Shown here piece by piece: positions 21,464 through 32,500 of a stretch of 64,000 bases of DNA; the stretch's first letter is position 1; every line of letters begins with the position of its first letter. Where the stretch lies: positions 10,653-74,652 of the forward strand of contig BTVY01000037.1 of NCBI GenBank assembly GCA_045863335.1, in the 5' to 3' direction. The notes under the pieces are model-generated. The model did not search any database, had not been told where the DNA came from, and saw nothing but the letters and a program-made list of their open reading frames with translations. Position numbers and translations under genes: made by a program. This stretch comes from Candidatus Hydrogenedentota bacterium (GTDB lineage Bacteria > Hydrogenedentota > Hydrogenedentia > Hydrogenedentales > SLHB01).

Positions 21464-21667
21464 TCCCCTTCCCTCCCGCCAGTATGCGCACCGATTGAAA
21501 GGAGATTATAGACCGAATGACCTCGCAGCTGCCAGTATTTGCTTGCACCGAAGCTTGGTATACTATGCGGTGTCGCTTTCTCTTCGTTGAAAGCGATCCG
21601 GAAAGAACGCGCCGCGAGACACCAGGATATTGAGCGGTCCCCGGCGTATCCACAAGGAAGATCGGCA

Positions 21668-22396
21668 GTGCGAAAATTTGACTACAACACCAGAGTTCTA
21701 TTTAAGATGAATGGCGAAACCCACCGGGGCCGCGTGACCGGTCTCGAACACGCGTCCCGGCGTGTCGTAACGGATTCCGGCAAACGGCTGCTCGTGTCCG
21801 TACGCAATCTGCGATCGTCTCAGGAGCGCTCGCTTATTCTCGAGACGCGGCTGGACCGAAGTTTGCGCTCGAACCGGACCTACGGCCCCATGATGCAGCA
21901 AATGCTCTACGCCTTCGACGTCGAAGCCCTCTACGAACGGGTTCACACCGTGGACTCCATGCGCCGGTTCCTGCGTCATGAGGGGAAGAATCCGGCGACG
22001 CGGTTCATCCACGTGATGAGTCACGGCACCGTGGGTCCCAAGCCAGGCAGCGCTATGCTCCACCTGACCTTTGACGATCTGGACTTGGTCAAGCAGGCGG
22101 ACGTGTTCAAAGGGCTGCGCGACAAGATACTGCTTTTTTCTTGCTGCCAGATCGGTCAGGACCGAGACGTCCTTCATTTGATTAAGGAGGTCAGCCAGGC
22201 GGCGGCCGTGATTTCGTACCGCGTCGACGTCAATGATTGGTACACGAACATCGCGGAAGCCCTGCTGTACGAGCGGCTCATCAAGACGACCATGTCGCCA
22301 AAACGCGCAGTCGCACTGGTGGGCGAAGTCCTCCACACGCTGGGCGTCAAGGTGGATGGCGTGGTTACGCGTAAACCCGTGCTCGTCTGCGTATGA
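21668..22396 (+). CDS. Hypothetical protein: short N-terminal SH3/KOW-like segment plus CHAT/caspase-like (DUF6642-like) domain
   Basis: FIHVMSHG and ILLFSCC resemble the His-Gly and Cys motifs of clan CD folds. GTG start at 21668 after AAGGAAG is inferred. Confidence 0.55.
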   Translation: MRKFDYNTRVLFKMNGETHRGRVTGLEHASRRVVTDSGKRLLVSVRNLRSSQERSLILETRLDRSLRSNRTYGPMMQQMLYAFDVEALYERVHTVDSMRRFLRHEGKNPATRFIHVMSHGTVGPKPGSAMLHLTFDDLDLVKQADVFKGLRDKILLFSCCQIGQDRDVLHLIKEVSQAAAVISYRVDVNDWYTNIAEALLYERLIKTTMSPKRAVALVGEVLHTLGVKVDGVVTRKPVLVCV

Positions 22397-24016
22397 TCAG
22401 CCGCTCGACCGCGATCCGCTTTCCATTCCGGCGCGGACCCGATTGAACACGTGCAGGGCATCGCGCGCGGTAATTCCCAACACTTTGAGAACCTCTTCCC
22501 CTTCCTGGATTGCGTGTGCCGGCTCCGCCTCTTCGGCAATGTATGCGTCGGCGAGGATCGCAGCGAATCCCGTTGCCGATGCGAGCGGTCCCGCCAACGC
22601 GGCCGCATGCAGATCGCGATGGAGTCGAATCGCGTCCGCGATGGACTTGGGAATACCCCATTCGTCGGCCAGGATCCCCCCCGCTTCGGGATAACCGATA
22701 CCGAACAACCGGGTCTCGTCGCTGATCCGTTCAAACGCCGTCACCTCGTCGCTCAGCGCGGCCGCGCGATCGGGGAAGGCACTCGCCAATGCAAGGGATC
22801 CGATTCCATGGAGCAAGCCTCCTATATAGGCTTGATAGCGAAGCGACGGATCGGCGAGCGCCGCCAGTGCAAACGCTGCCGACGCGCCGAACTGCGCCCT
22901 CCGCATGAATCGGTCAAAATCCACCGGAGGCTCGTCATACTGATTCGCGGCAATGACCGATAGCATCGCGATTTCGCATACGCCGTCCGTGCCGAGCAAC
23001 ACCGCAGCCAGGTTGGCATCGCTGACATCGCCCGGCATTCCGTAGGGGGCGGCATTCGCTGTACTCAGGAGCTTGGCAACGATGGGCGGATCCACCGCAA
23101 TGATATCGATGATATCTCTTGCTGTGGCGCTGCCCCGCTCGAGCCGTTCCTTCACCCGGCTGACCGTGTCGGTGAACGTGGGGAGCGCATCGATCCGCGC
23201 AAAGCGCTCCAATAGCTCCGAACGCAGCGGCACAACCGGCGCGGGCACGGCGGATACTGGCGGAGCGCTCGACTCCGCCGCGGAAGATGCCGAACGCGCC
23301 GCAGGCCCTTCCTGCTCCAGGTCCAGATCGATTTCGCCACGCTCAGGCGGCGGCTGCGCCGGGGCCGCCTTCGCAGGCGCCGGAGTTTCCACGGGGTAGT
23401 ACCGCTCGATGGTCGCGAGGATATCGTCCAGCTTGCACAACATGGGTTTGACGGTAAGACCAGTGATTTGCTCGAGCCGGTAAACGGTGTCGGTATCGAG
23501 CGGACACGCCATGCCAACCGTCAATAGGCGCCCCAGCTTATCGATTGGAAGAACCAGGCATTCCTGTGCGATCTCCTTCGGAACGAGGGAAATGAGCTCT
23601 TTGGGAATGTAATAACTCTTGAGGTCGATACTCGCGATGCCCGGTTTGCGGGAAAGGTAGTCGTGAAGGGACAGCTTATCCAGGTAACCCAACTGGAGCA
23701 CGATGGGAAGAATCTGTCCCCCCTCACGCTCCTGCACGGCAATGGCTTCCCGAACCTGATCCGCAGTGAGCATGCCGTCATCCAGGAGAATCTCCCCGAT
23801 ATGCCTTGCTGCCTGCTTGACAGTCGATTCGGTTGTCTTGTCTCCCGAAGCGGGACCGGCGCCCTGCGGTTCGGGGGCGCCCGGCGGCGACAGGGGGCTG
23901 GTATTCCTCTTGGTGACAGCGACTTGCTCGCCACAGCGGACGCATTTGACGGTCTTGCCCAATAGGCTGGGCGGACCTTTCATTCGTTGGCCGCAATCAC
24001 ATGAAATGACCAGCAT
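22397..24016 (-). CDS. Zn-ribbon + MshEN/T2SSE_N + HDOD domain signalling protein
   Basis: CDCG...CVRC; RHIGEILLDDGMLTADQVREAIAVQ; LTVGMACPLD; LPTF...DPPIVAKLLSTAN...GLLHGIG...IRLH. Confidence 0.85.
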   Translation of the reverse strand: MLVISCDCGQRMKGPPSLLGKTVKCVRCGEQVAVTKRNTSPLSPPGAPEPQGAGPASGDKTTESTVKQAARHIGEILLDDGMLTADQVREAIAVQEREGGQILPIVLQLGYLDKLSLHDYLSRKPGIASIDLKSYYIPKELISLVPKEIAQECLVLPIDKLGRLLTVGMACPLDTDTVYRLEQITGLTVKPMLCKLDDILATIERYYPVETPAPAKAAPAQPPPERGEIDLDLEQEGPAARSASSAAESSAPPVSAVPAPVVPLRSELLERFARIDALPTFTDTVSRVKERLERGSATARDIIDIIAVDPPIVAKLLSTANAAPYGMPGDVSDANLAAVLLGTDGVCEIAMLSVIAANQYDEPPVDFDRFMRRAQFGASAAFALAALADPSLRYQAYIGGLLHGIGSLALASAFPDRAAALSDEVTAFERISDETRLFGIGYPEAGGILADEWGIPKSIADAIRLHRDLHAAALAGPLASATGFAAILADAYIAEEAEPAHAIQEGEEVLKVLGITARDALHVFNRVRAGMESGSRSSG

Positions 24017-24212
24017 TCGAATCCTATCACCTGAAGTTGCGGCCCCATTATCGGCAACCCTACGTAGATTCTACCGGAAACTCACCATATTCGCGGGGAA
24101 AACCGGTCCACCACACGATGCGGGTTCCGCCGGCCGACTCGTTCTAAGTGTAGGAGCGAACAGCTTTAGAGTCAAGAGTTGAGCCGTTCTAAGAATAATG
24201 CGCACAAGAGGA

Positions 24213-24241
24213 TTGCCCCATTCAGCCAATCCCCGTAATAT
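24213..24241 (+). promoter_or_regulatory. Possible sigma70 promoter for the coiled-coil gene
   Basis: TTGCCC-17 bp-TAATAT in the divergent intergenic region. Confidence 0.35.
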
Positions 24242-24311
24242 GGTACAAGTTTGAGCAGGAAAAGGGAGTCACGGCGCGGGTTTGCGGACCCCTGCGAGGG
24301 TTGGGTGGTGG

Positions 24312-27300
24312 ATGTCACTTTCCAGTATCAATGAAAAGTTTGAACAGGCAATAAAACTCCAGGCGGCGGACGCCCATGTCTGGGCGCTGGACGTCATTAC
24401 CCAATTGGACCAGACGCTTCCAAACAGCCCTCGCCTCATGGCCATGCGCGTGCGCAGCCTCGCCACCATGGGCCTACTCGATGATGCGGACAAGGTCGGC
24501 CGATTACTGCAAATGCGCATTCGAGATGCGCAAGCGGACTTCGACGCCATGCGGGAACTGCTCGACGAGAATCAGCTTTCCGCGCTCTCCCAACTCCTCG
24601 AAGAGCACGAACAAGCTGCGGCGGACACGGAAGCGCTGGTCAGCCGCAAGCGAACCGAAGCTTCCGAACAGGTCAACCTCCGCGAACGGATCGCAACGCT
24701 GGAAGAACAGTTGGATACCGTTCGGTCCAAAGCGAGTCAAGCCACGCAAGCCGAGCTGGACCTCGCGACCGAGCTGGAGCAGTTGCGAGCCCTCCAACAG
24801 GAGCGTGACGTTGAACTCGATGGCGCGCGCTCTGAAATGGAATCCCTCCGGGGCGCTTTGGTCGAGCGCGAAGCCGCCATCCGCGACGCCGAACAACGCA
24901 GTGAGGAAAGTCGTAAGGCGGCCGACTCCCTGCGCAAGGAACTCCAGGCCCTACAGGCCCGCGCTGAATTGGCCTCCTCGGCCCAGCAAGCCCTCTCCGC
25001 AGAACTGGAGCGGCTACGCGCAAACGAATCCACGAAAGCGCAAGCCCTCGACTCAGCCCGCAAGGAACTCGATTCATTGCGAGGCGCGCTGAGCGACCGC
25101 GAAGCCGCGATCAAAGCCGCGGAACAGCGCAGCGCCGAAAGCGAGAAGACTGCCGCCGAACTTCGCAAACAACTCGCGAACATCCGCGTACAGGCGGAGA
25201 AGGCGTCGACCTCCGAGGCGGCCCTTGCGGGCGAACTCGAGCGCGTCCGCGCGAACGAAACAGAGAAGGCCGAGGCGCTGGAAGTCGCACGTGCGGAATT
25301 GGAATCGCTGCGCAACGATCTCGCCGACCGCGAAGCGGCCATCCTCGCCGCGGAAAAGCGGAACCAGGAAAGCGAAGCGGCGGCCGCCCGTCTGCGCGAG
25401 CAACTGGACGAAATCCGGACGCAGGCGCAGCAGGCATCCTCGTCAGAAGCCGCACTGGCTTCCGAGCTTGAACGGTTGCGCGCCAATGAATCCGACAAGG
25501 CAAAAGCCCTGGAATCCGCGCGGGCGGAACTGGAAAGCCTGCGGGGCACGCTTCAAGAACGTGAGACAGCCATTGCCGATGCGGAAGCGCGCAGTGCCGA
25601 AAGCGAACGCGCAGCCGCTCAGCTCCGTGAAGAATTAAACGCCATCCGCAATCAGGCGGCGCAGGCGTCTACGTCAGAGCAACAGCTAGCCGTCGAGTTG
25701 GATCAGTTGCGCAATCGCGAATCCACGAAAGCCCGGGAACTGGACCGCGCCCGCGCGGAAATGGAGTCGTTGAAACAGGCTCTCGCGACGCGGGAACGCG
25801 ATGTTGCAGAAGCCAAGAAGGACAAAACCCAGAGCGCCGACGCCATCGCGCTGCTTCAGAAAGAACTGGAAACCATTCGCGAGCAGGCGGATCATGCATC
25901 GTCGTCGGAACAATCGCTCGCCGCGGAAGTCGCGCAATTGCGCGCCAACGAGTCGGAGAAGGCAAGCGCGCTCGATAACGCGCGGGCCGAGTTGGAGGCC
26001 TTACGGAAATCGTTGGAGGATCGTGAATCGGCGGTCGCCCGGGCGGAGCAGGTCAGCGCGGACAGCGGGCGCGCCGTGGCCGAGTTGCAGTCGGAACTCG
26101 CTGCCTTGCGGGAGCGAGCGGAGGCCGCCTCCTCGCGGGAAGCGGCCAGCGCGCGGGAGATGGCCGGACTCCAACAGGCAGTGGAAGAGAAGTCGCAGGC
26201 GCTGGAAGACGCCCGTTCCGAATTGACGAGTCTGAAGAATACGCTGCTTGAACAGGAAGAAGCCGTCGAGACTGCGGCGCGCGACCGCGAACAGCAACAG
26301 AAAGAGATCGCCACGTTGCGGGGCGCGCTGGAGAAACTCGTATCGCAGACGGAGGAGGTAACTTCGTCCGAGCGCGGTCTCGCCAAAGAAGTGGAACAAC
26401 TCCGGGCCGTGGAGAGTGAAAAGTCGGCGGCGCTGGATCAGGCCCGCGCAGAACTGGAGTCGTTGCGGGGGACCTTGTCGGCTCGTGAACGCGAGGCCGA
26501 GGCGGCTGCGGAACACCGTGCAAGACACGAACAAACGATCGATGCGTTGCAGTCGGAGCTGAAGGCGCTTCGGGTTCAAGCCGCTGATACGACATCAGCG
26601 GAGGCCGGCTTGGCGAAGGAACTCGACGTGTTGCGCGCCGCACAGCAGGAGAAGGCCGCCGCCCTGGACGATGCCCAACGCGAAGTGCAGGCGCTCAAGG
26701 AAGCCCTGGCGGAGCGCGACGCCGCACCGCGCGTGCCACCCATTGTTGTCGTCAAAGAGGGCGCCCATCGCAAGGTAGGCTTCGCGGCCGTCGTAGGAAC
26801 AATTGCTGTGCTGGCCGCCGCGGGCATCGCCGCGTACATCTTCGTGCCTCGATTGTGGAGCGCCTACCAATCTCAGCGTTCGATCGCACGCCAGGATATA
26901 TCGCAGAACCGCCTGCGCTTCCCGTCCGACAAGGCCGTGGGTGCCGTCTTCAGCAGAGACGCGACGGATCCCGAGGCGGCGTGGGTGGAACTCGGGCCCG
27001 CCCGGGGCGCGTTGGAGACTCCGGAGAACGCCGCGATCCGAATCGCATTTACCATAGACGGCGTGAACGCCGCTACGCTTCCGTCGATACTGGAATCGGA
27101 TGCGGTCCAGTCGGTACAGATTCCCGGTGCCGCACTCACGCCTGAAGTGGCCAGCGTCCTCGCTTCGACCGGCCACCTGCAGGAGATCCTCATCGATGGA
27201 GCTGCGGCCGATGAGACCGTGGTCGCCACATTGCGCGGGGTCGCGCCACAGATTTCCATTTCGACGGTCGAAGCCGCGCCGACGCCCCCCCCGGTAGTCG

Positions 27301-27986
27301 CCGATGAAGAGCCGGATGTCGCGCCACCGGCACGTACGCTTCGCTTCGCCGGAAACGCGTCCATTGGACGGCTCCAGACGCGTCCCTGGAACTCTTCCGA
27401 TTCGAACGCGTGGCGCAACTCGGGCAATGCCCACGGCGCGGTCTCCGTGCCAGAAGGACGCGTCGTCAAACTTATCGTCGACTTTGAAGCCGCCCGCGAC
27501 CTTTCCGCACTCGAAGGACTCGACTCCGATGCGTTGTTCTCTATCGTGCTCTACGGAAAGAACGTGTCCAACGAGAGCCTTCGCCAGTTGCGGCATCTTA
27601 CCGGCCTTCGGGAACTGGATGTGACTGCGCCCAACGTCACCGATGCGGGCTTCGACCACCTTCGCCAACACACGCGGATGCGCTTGCTCGCGGTTGCGGA
27701 AGCGGCGCTGACCGACGTGGGCATGATGCATTTTCACAACATGCACGACCTTCGCGAATTGCGGCTGTACGACGTTCAGGTCGGGGACCAGGGAATGGTC
27801 GTTCTGGACAGTTTTCCAAAGCTCGCGACGCTATCGGTGGTGAATGCAGGGATAAGCAACACGTGCCTGCCCACGATTCGAAAGCTCGAGAATCTCCGCT
27901 ATCTGCGTATCGAGGGCACAAAGGTCTCCCGCGAAGGCATCACCCTGTTGAAATACGACCTGCCCAATTGCGAGATCGTCTCGTGA
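24312..27986 (+). CDS. Giant coiled-coil membrane protein with 77-aa repeats, one TM helix and C-terminal leucine-rich repeats
   Basis: ELxxLR units recur every 231 bp from 24771 to 26619; TM segment VGFAAVVGTIAVLAAAGIAAYIFV; LRRs such as LRHLTGLRELDV and LRYLRIEGTKVS. Confidence 0.85.
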   Translation: MSLSSINEKFEQAIKLQAADAHVWALDVITQLDQTLPNSPRLMAMRVRSLATMGLLDDADKVGRLLQMRIRDAQADFDAMRELLDENQLSALSQLLEEHEQAAADTEALVSRKRTEASEQVNLRERIATLEEQLDTVRSKASQATQAELDLATELEQLRALQQERDVELDGARSEMESLRGALVEREAAIRDAEQRSEESRKAADSLRKELQALQARAELASSAQQALSAELERLRANESTKAQALDSARKELDSLRGALSDREAAIKAAEQRSAESEKTAAELRKQLANIRVQAEKASTSEAALAGELERVRANETEKAEALEVARAELESLRNDLADREAAILAAEKRNQESEAAAARLREQLDEIRTQAQQASSSEAALASELERLRANESDKAKALESARAELESLRGTLQERETAIADAEARSAESERAAAQLREELNAIRNQAAQASTSEQQLAVELDQLRNRESTKARELDRARAEMESLKQALATRERDVAEAKKDKTQSADAIALLQKELETIREQADHASSSEQSLAAEVAQLRANESEKASALDNARAELEALRKSLEDRESAVARAEQVSADSGRAVAELQSELAALRERAEAASSREAASAREMAGLQQAVEEKSQALEDARSELTSLKNTLLEQEEAVETAARDREQQQKEIATLRGALEKLVSQTEEVTSSERGLAKEVEQLRAVESEKSAALDQARAELESLRGTLSAREREAEAAAEHRARHEQTIDALQSELKALRVQAADTTSAEAGLAKELDVLRAAQQEKAAALDDAQREVQALKEALAERDAAPRVPPIVVVKEGAHRKVGFAAVVGTIAVLAAAGIAAYIFVPRLWSAYQSQRSIARQDISQNRLRFPSDKAVGAVFSRDATDPEAAWVELGPARGALETPENAAIRIAFTIDGVNAATLPSILESDAVQSVQIPGAALTPEVASVLASTGHLQEILIDGAAADETVVATLRGVAPQISISTVEAAPTPPPVVADEEPDVAPPARTLRFAGNASIGRLQTRPWNSSDSNAWRNSGNAHGAVSVPEGRVVKLIVDFEAARDLSALEGLDSDALFSIVLYGKNVSNESLRQLRHLTGLRELDVTAPNVTDAGFDHLRQHTRMRLLAVAEAALTDVGMMHFHNMHDLRELRLYDVQVGDQGMVVLDSFPKLATLSVVNAGISNTCLPTIRKLENLRYLRIEGTKVSREGITLLKYDLPNCEIVS

Positions 27987-28161
27987 CTGGCGGGCCGGCA
28001 GCTATCTCAACGCAAGAGGTTTCGCCAGAAACGCTTTCGTGTATAATTAGGTCGGGACAAGCGGGACCGTACGCGTGGTTGATGGGTCATCGTCCCGAAC
28101 GGGGAAGACTGACGGGAACCCCCTCTTGCAGGGGCTGGGGACGAACGAGCCAGGAGCGATC

Positions 28162-29424
28162 ATGAACGATCAATTTCTCGACGAGTTCTGTGCCAAACTC
28201 CAAGCCGCCCTCACGGAGAACGAATCCCTATCCACCGCCGCCGATCAGGAGATCGGCTCCCATCTCTCGCGCCTGACGCGACGGATGGAACTCCTCGCAG
28301 AAACGGTTAAGAAACGAAAGCAAGCGGAAAAGTCCCTCCGCGAAACCGTGCTCGGCGAGCTAACTGGCTTCCGCTCAGCCCTCGCCGATGAATTGTCCAG
28401 CGGAACCGGCAAACAGGAACGAATTGAGCAGCTTGAACGCGATCTAGCAGCACAGGCGGACGCAGTGCAGGCCGGCCGCAGACGCGTGGATGAACTCCTG
28501 CAAACCGTCGAAGCGCGTGACGGAGAGTTGATGCAACTCCGCAACAAGGTCGTCGAACTGGAATCGCAGTTGACCGGCACCCGTGCGGAATTCGAAGCCC
28601 TATCGGCAGAGCGGGACCGCGCGGCCGATTCCGAAACGGCCCTCAGCGAAGCCACGGCGGAGTTGGAGCAAGCCCGGGATGAGTTGGACCAGCTCCGCGC
28701 CTCCGCGGAGAAGGTAGGCGCGGCGGAGCGGCTGCTTGAAGCCGAGCGGCAGCGGGCCAACGAACTGGAGGAACGGCTGCGCGCGGAAACCGCACACGGA
28801 ACGAAAGCGATTATCGCACAGCAACTGGCGGACGCATTGCGCGACGGGGAAGCGGCGCGCGAGGAAGCCGCATCGCTACGGGTGGAGTTGCAGAACCTGC
28901 GCCGGGAGGCGGAGGAAAGAGCCGCCGAAATGGAGCGGGTCACGACGCCGAAACGCCCAAAGCTGGGCCGCGACGTGCAGAAGCGCCAGCTTGGCGAAAT
29001 GCTCATGGAAGCCGGGGTCATTTCGCAGGACCAATTGGACTCCGCATTGGCGGCGCAAGCGGATTCGCCGGACCGTTCGCTCGCGGAAATTCTCGTCGAT
29101 CAGGGGGCCGTGGGAGAGGAAGTGGTGGCCCAGGCGGCGGCCGCCCAGCATCGCGTGCTCTATGTGAACCTGAACGACAATAGCGTGGACCCGGCGGCCG
29201 CGGCTCTGATCAGCTTCAAGATTGCGCAGCAACATCACTGCGTTCCTGTGCGCGCGACGGAGGACTCCCTCGTCCTCGCCATGGCCGATCCGCTCAACGT
29301 CATCGCCATCGAAGACGTCGAACGCGCAAGCAGCCGGTCCGTGCGTCCCGTGATGGCCACCCAAAGCGCCATTGCCGCCGCAATCGAGCGAGTCTACCAG
29401 TCTCAGGAAGAACAGCTTCAGTAG
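28162..29424 (+). CDS. Coiled-coil protein with C-terminal MshEN/T2SSE_N domain (no ATPase)
   Basis: AGGAG RBS; RQLGEMLMEAGVISQDQLDSALAAQ; LVLAMADPLN. Confidence 0.85.
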   Translation: MNDQFLDEFCAKLQAALTENESLSTAADQEIGSHLSRLTRRMELLAETVKKRKQAEKSLRETVLGELTGFRSALADELSSGTGKQERIEQLERDLAAQADAVQAGRRRVDELLQTVEARDGELMQLRNKVVELESQLTGTRAEFEALSAERDRAADSETALSEATAELEQARDELDQLRASAEKVGAAERLLEAERQRANELEERLRAETAHGTKAIIAQQLADALRDGEAAREEAASLRVELQNLRREAEERAAEMERVTTPKRPKLGRDVQKRQLGEMLMEAGVISQDQLDSALAAQADSPDRSLAEILVDQGAVGEEVVAQAAAAQHRVLYVNLNDNSVDPAAAALISFKIAQQHHCVPVRATEDSLVLAMADPLNVIAIEDVERASSRSVRPVMATQSAIAAAIERVYQSQEEQLQ

Positions 29425-29429
29425 GAAAC

Positions 29430-29513
29430 AAATAGGGACAGCCACCGTTTTCTTTCTGAGGTGCTCCGTCGTTTTTCCGCGAATCAGAAAGAAAATGGTG
29501 GATGTCCCTATTT
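29430..29513. repeat. 84-bp inverted-repeat element between convergent genes (REP/MITE-like, may act as a bidirectional terminator)
   Basis: AAATAGGGACAGCCACCGTTTTCTTTCTGA matches the reverse complement of 29484-29513 at 28/30. Confidence 0.8.
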
Positions 29514-32500
29514 ATTTCGCCTCACCGGCCTCATCATTCCTCGCAACTTGATCCGCCAGCTTCAACTGAATCGGATCGCAAAGAAACACCGGCTTCAGCG
29601 GTGATTGTGTTTCGATCTGCGCCTGCACGTAGATGGTGCGGTCAACGTCTTTCACCCACGGCTCCGCGTAAATCTCCACCGTCCGCTCCAACTCGCCTTC
29701 ACGCACGAGGATTCCGTTCAACCCCGTATTCATGACGTACACGCCGAACGGAAGGTTTAAGACGTCGATGGGGACGCGGCTGTTGAAACCGTTGTGCCGG
29801 TCGAGCTTGACGGACAGCGTCGCCACGTTGCCGGGGACCAGCGCCACCTGTTGACGGTCCGTGTTGACCTTCAGATCGGGCTGCATCGCGCTGACCGTGA
29901 TCGCGCCGATGGCACTCTCCCGCAGGATGGGCTCGCCGTTCACCGTCGACTCGGCCGTTAGTCTGAATTGAGCGTCCGTTGGCGTGGACTGCGCGTTCGG
30001 CCCGGCCAACAACGAAAGCCGAATGAGATCGTCGCCGGGTTTGATGATGGCCGGTTCGATGGTAATCCCCTCGGGCAAATCGTGAAACTCCACCTTGACC
30101 TCGCCGTCGAAACCGTCCTTCCTCACCACGCGCACGTCAATCGGAACGCGGCTGCCTTGCGCGACGTTCACGCGATACGGACCCGTGGATACGTCGAAGT
30201 CCGGCTCCAGAGGTCGCGCCGTCAGGCGGTAGGCGAACTGCTCTCCCTCATTCCCAGCCGCATCCGTCACGCGGACAAAATAGTCACCGTCTTCAGGGGC
30301 CATGAAGTCGAGGCGCGAATCTCCCTTCGTGTCGCCATTCGCGGTGAAACCGTCGTCGTTGCGCCAATACAACGGGAAAACCGGCATGCCGTTCGGCGCG
30401 AAAGATGTCCCCGGCGGGTGAACTTCCACTTTGTAGATCTTCGTGTAGACGGCGTGGTGCTCCGGCGTGGTGCCGAAGTATGGGATTCGTTGGCCGTTCG
30501 GGTACGCGCTGAACACCACGTCTTCATCTGCGTAATCGGGAATCTTGGAGACGCGCAGGATTTCGCCTCCCAGCATGACATAGTCGTTGAGCCGAAGATC
30601 GCGCCACACATCGAGTCGCAACCCCGCGGACCGCGAATCCCGCGGGGAAAGCGTGAGGAAGGTCTCCGCTACGCAGCGCACGACGCCTTGCTCGATCAGA
30701 TTGCCCGAGGCGTCCAACACTTCAATCACGGAATCCAGCGGCGAACCGAGCGTGGCCGCGGCGGTTTCCAGAACGATCATCTGTCCCTTCTGCGCAGAGA
30801 ATCGGTAGACGTCGGCATCCTGACCTTCACCATCGACGCGCCCGTTTACGGTCATGGGAAAAGCCAGCGGATTTGCATTCTCAACCCGGTCGTTGGGTTC
30901 CGATTCCAGCGACTCCTCGTACGCAGCCACAGCCAGAACCGGCGCACTCACGGGGCTCCCTTCGACTGCCGTAAGCGGGACGCGCGTTGTCGCATCCTGG
31001 CGAACGGCATCCGGAGGATCGACCTCAATGGTGTCGCCCGCCAGGTTGAACCCCGCGACCTGCACGCTTTGCGGATCGCCCGCGCGTAGGCCGAGCGGCC
31101 ACATCCCGGTCACCATCGGATACGCGCCGACATGCAACCGGTAGCCGAGGCCGCCTCGTAAGTCGACGTCGCTGACCTCTACAACGATGGCGCCGTCTGT
31201 TTCCGCGCGATAGCCGAGCGTGTCATTCGACGACGCGCCGAGAGCGCGAGCGGTCGCAAGCTCCTTGCCTTCGGAGTCCACGAACCGCATGCCGGCATTC
31301 AGCGCGGTATCCGTCAGGGCACAGACAATCTCCTGCCCCGCGGTCACATCGATTCGATACCGGTCCACGTCGCCGGGCTGCGCGATCTGACCGATCACCA
31401 CATTGGGCCATTCGATGGCATGCGCTTCGTCCTCTCCATCGTTAGGTTCGGCTTCACCCACGTCCGCTTTCGGCAAAACGGTAAAGCCCGTGGTATTTGT
31501 CATGCCGATGGGCGTCCGGAACATGAGTTGATGAGTCCCGACCGGGGCATCTTCGGCAATGGCGAATTTCAGCTTGAGCCGGTAGGGCTGGGCGTTATCC
31601 AGAATGTCCGCGCCGGTACCCCGGGGGCCTTCGCCCAGCTTGAGTTCCGGCATGGGCAGCGCCTCGCGTTCCACCACCTCGACCGCGATCTTCCCATTCG
31701 TCACAATCGGCTCGGCCTGGTCGAGGTTCTTGCCGTTCACCGTGAGTTCCACTTCGGCACCCCGATGCCACCGCACCGGCGAGATGGACGAAATCGATGG
31801 CGGCACCGTCGCTTCGATAATCACCGCTTCCACGCTCAGGCTGGAGACCTTCTTGCGCGCAGCGGGCGTTGCTTCTACGGTCGTGTCCGTTTGGGCTACG
31901 TCCTTGGATTCCGCGGCGGGCTCCTCCCCCACACGCTGCCCCGTTTCCGCGACGTACACATCGCTGGACGCGTCGTACCGGCCCGCGGCCAGGTACGCGC
32001 CGTCGGGGCTCACCGACAACGCCGTCACCCAGTCCGATTGCCCTTCGATGGCCAGCTTCTCTTCCAGCGTCTCCGCGTTCCACGCCTTGATCCGCAGATC
32101 TTCGGACGTTGAATACAGTGTCGCACCGTCGGGTGAGTACGCGATGCGCAGCACCGACCCTTCGTGGGCGAACGTGGATCGCAGCAGCGTGCCGGAAGTC
32201 GTCGCCGACTGTTGCACAGGACCGTCGGACTCTTTCATGTCCCAGATGCGGATCATCTTGTCCGCCCCCGCGCCGGCCAGTTGCGTACCGTCCGGTGAGA
32301 AGGCCAACGTCAGCACGTTATCCAAGGAATCGGAAATCGTCGCGCGCAAGGTGCCGGTCTCTGCATCCCAGATCTTGACCGTCCGGTCGCCCGCGCCAGA
32401 GGCGATGGTCTTGCCATCCGGACTCCATGCGACGGCATAGACAGCGTCAACGTGGTTGCTGAGAGTCTGCAAGATCTCACCCGTCTGCGTGTTCCACACA

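Noticed and set aside
24771-26720. CRISPR-like periodicity
   Set aside because: The period is 231 bp of degenerate coding repeat with no conserved repeat plus unique spacer structure, and there are no cas genes.
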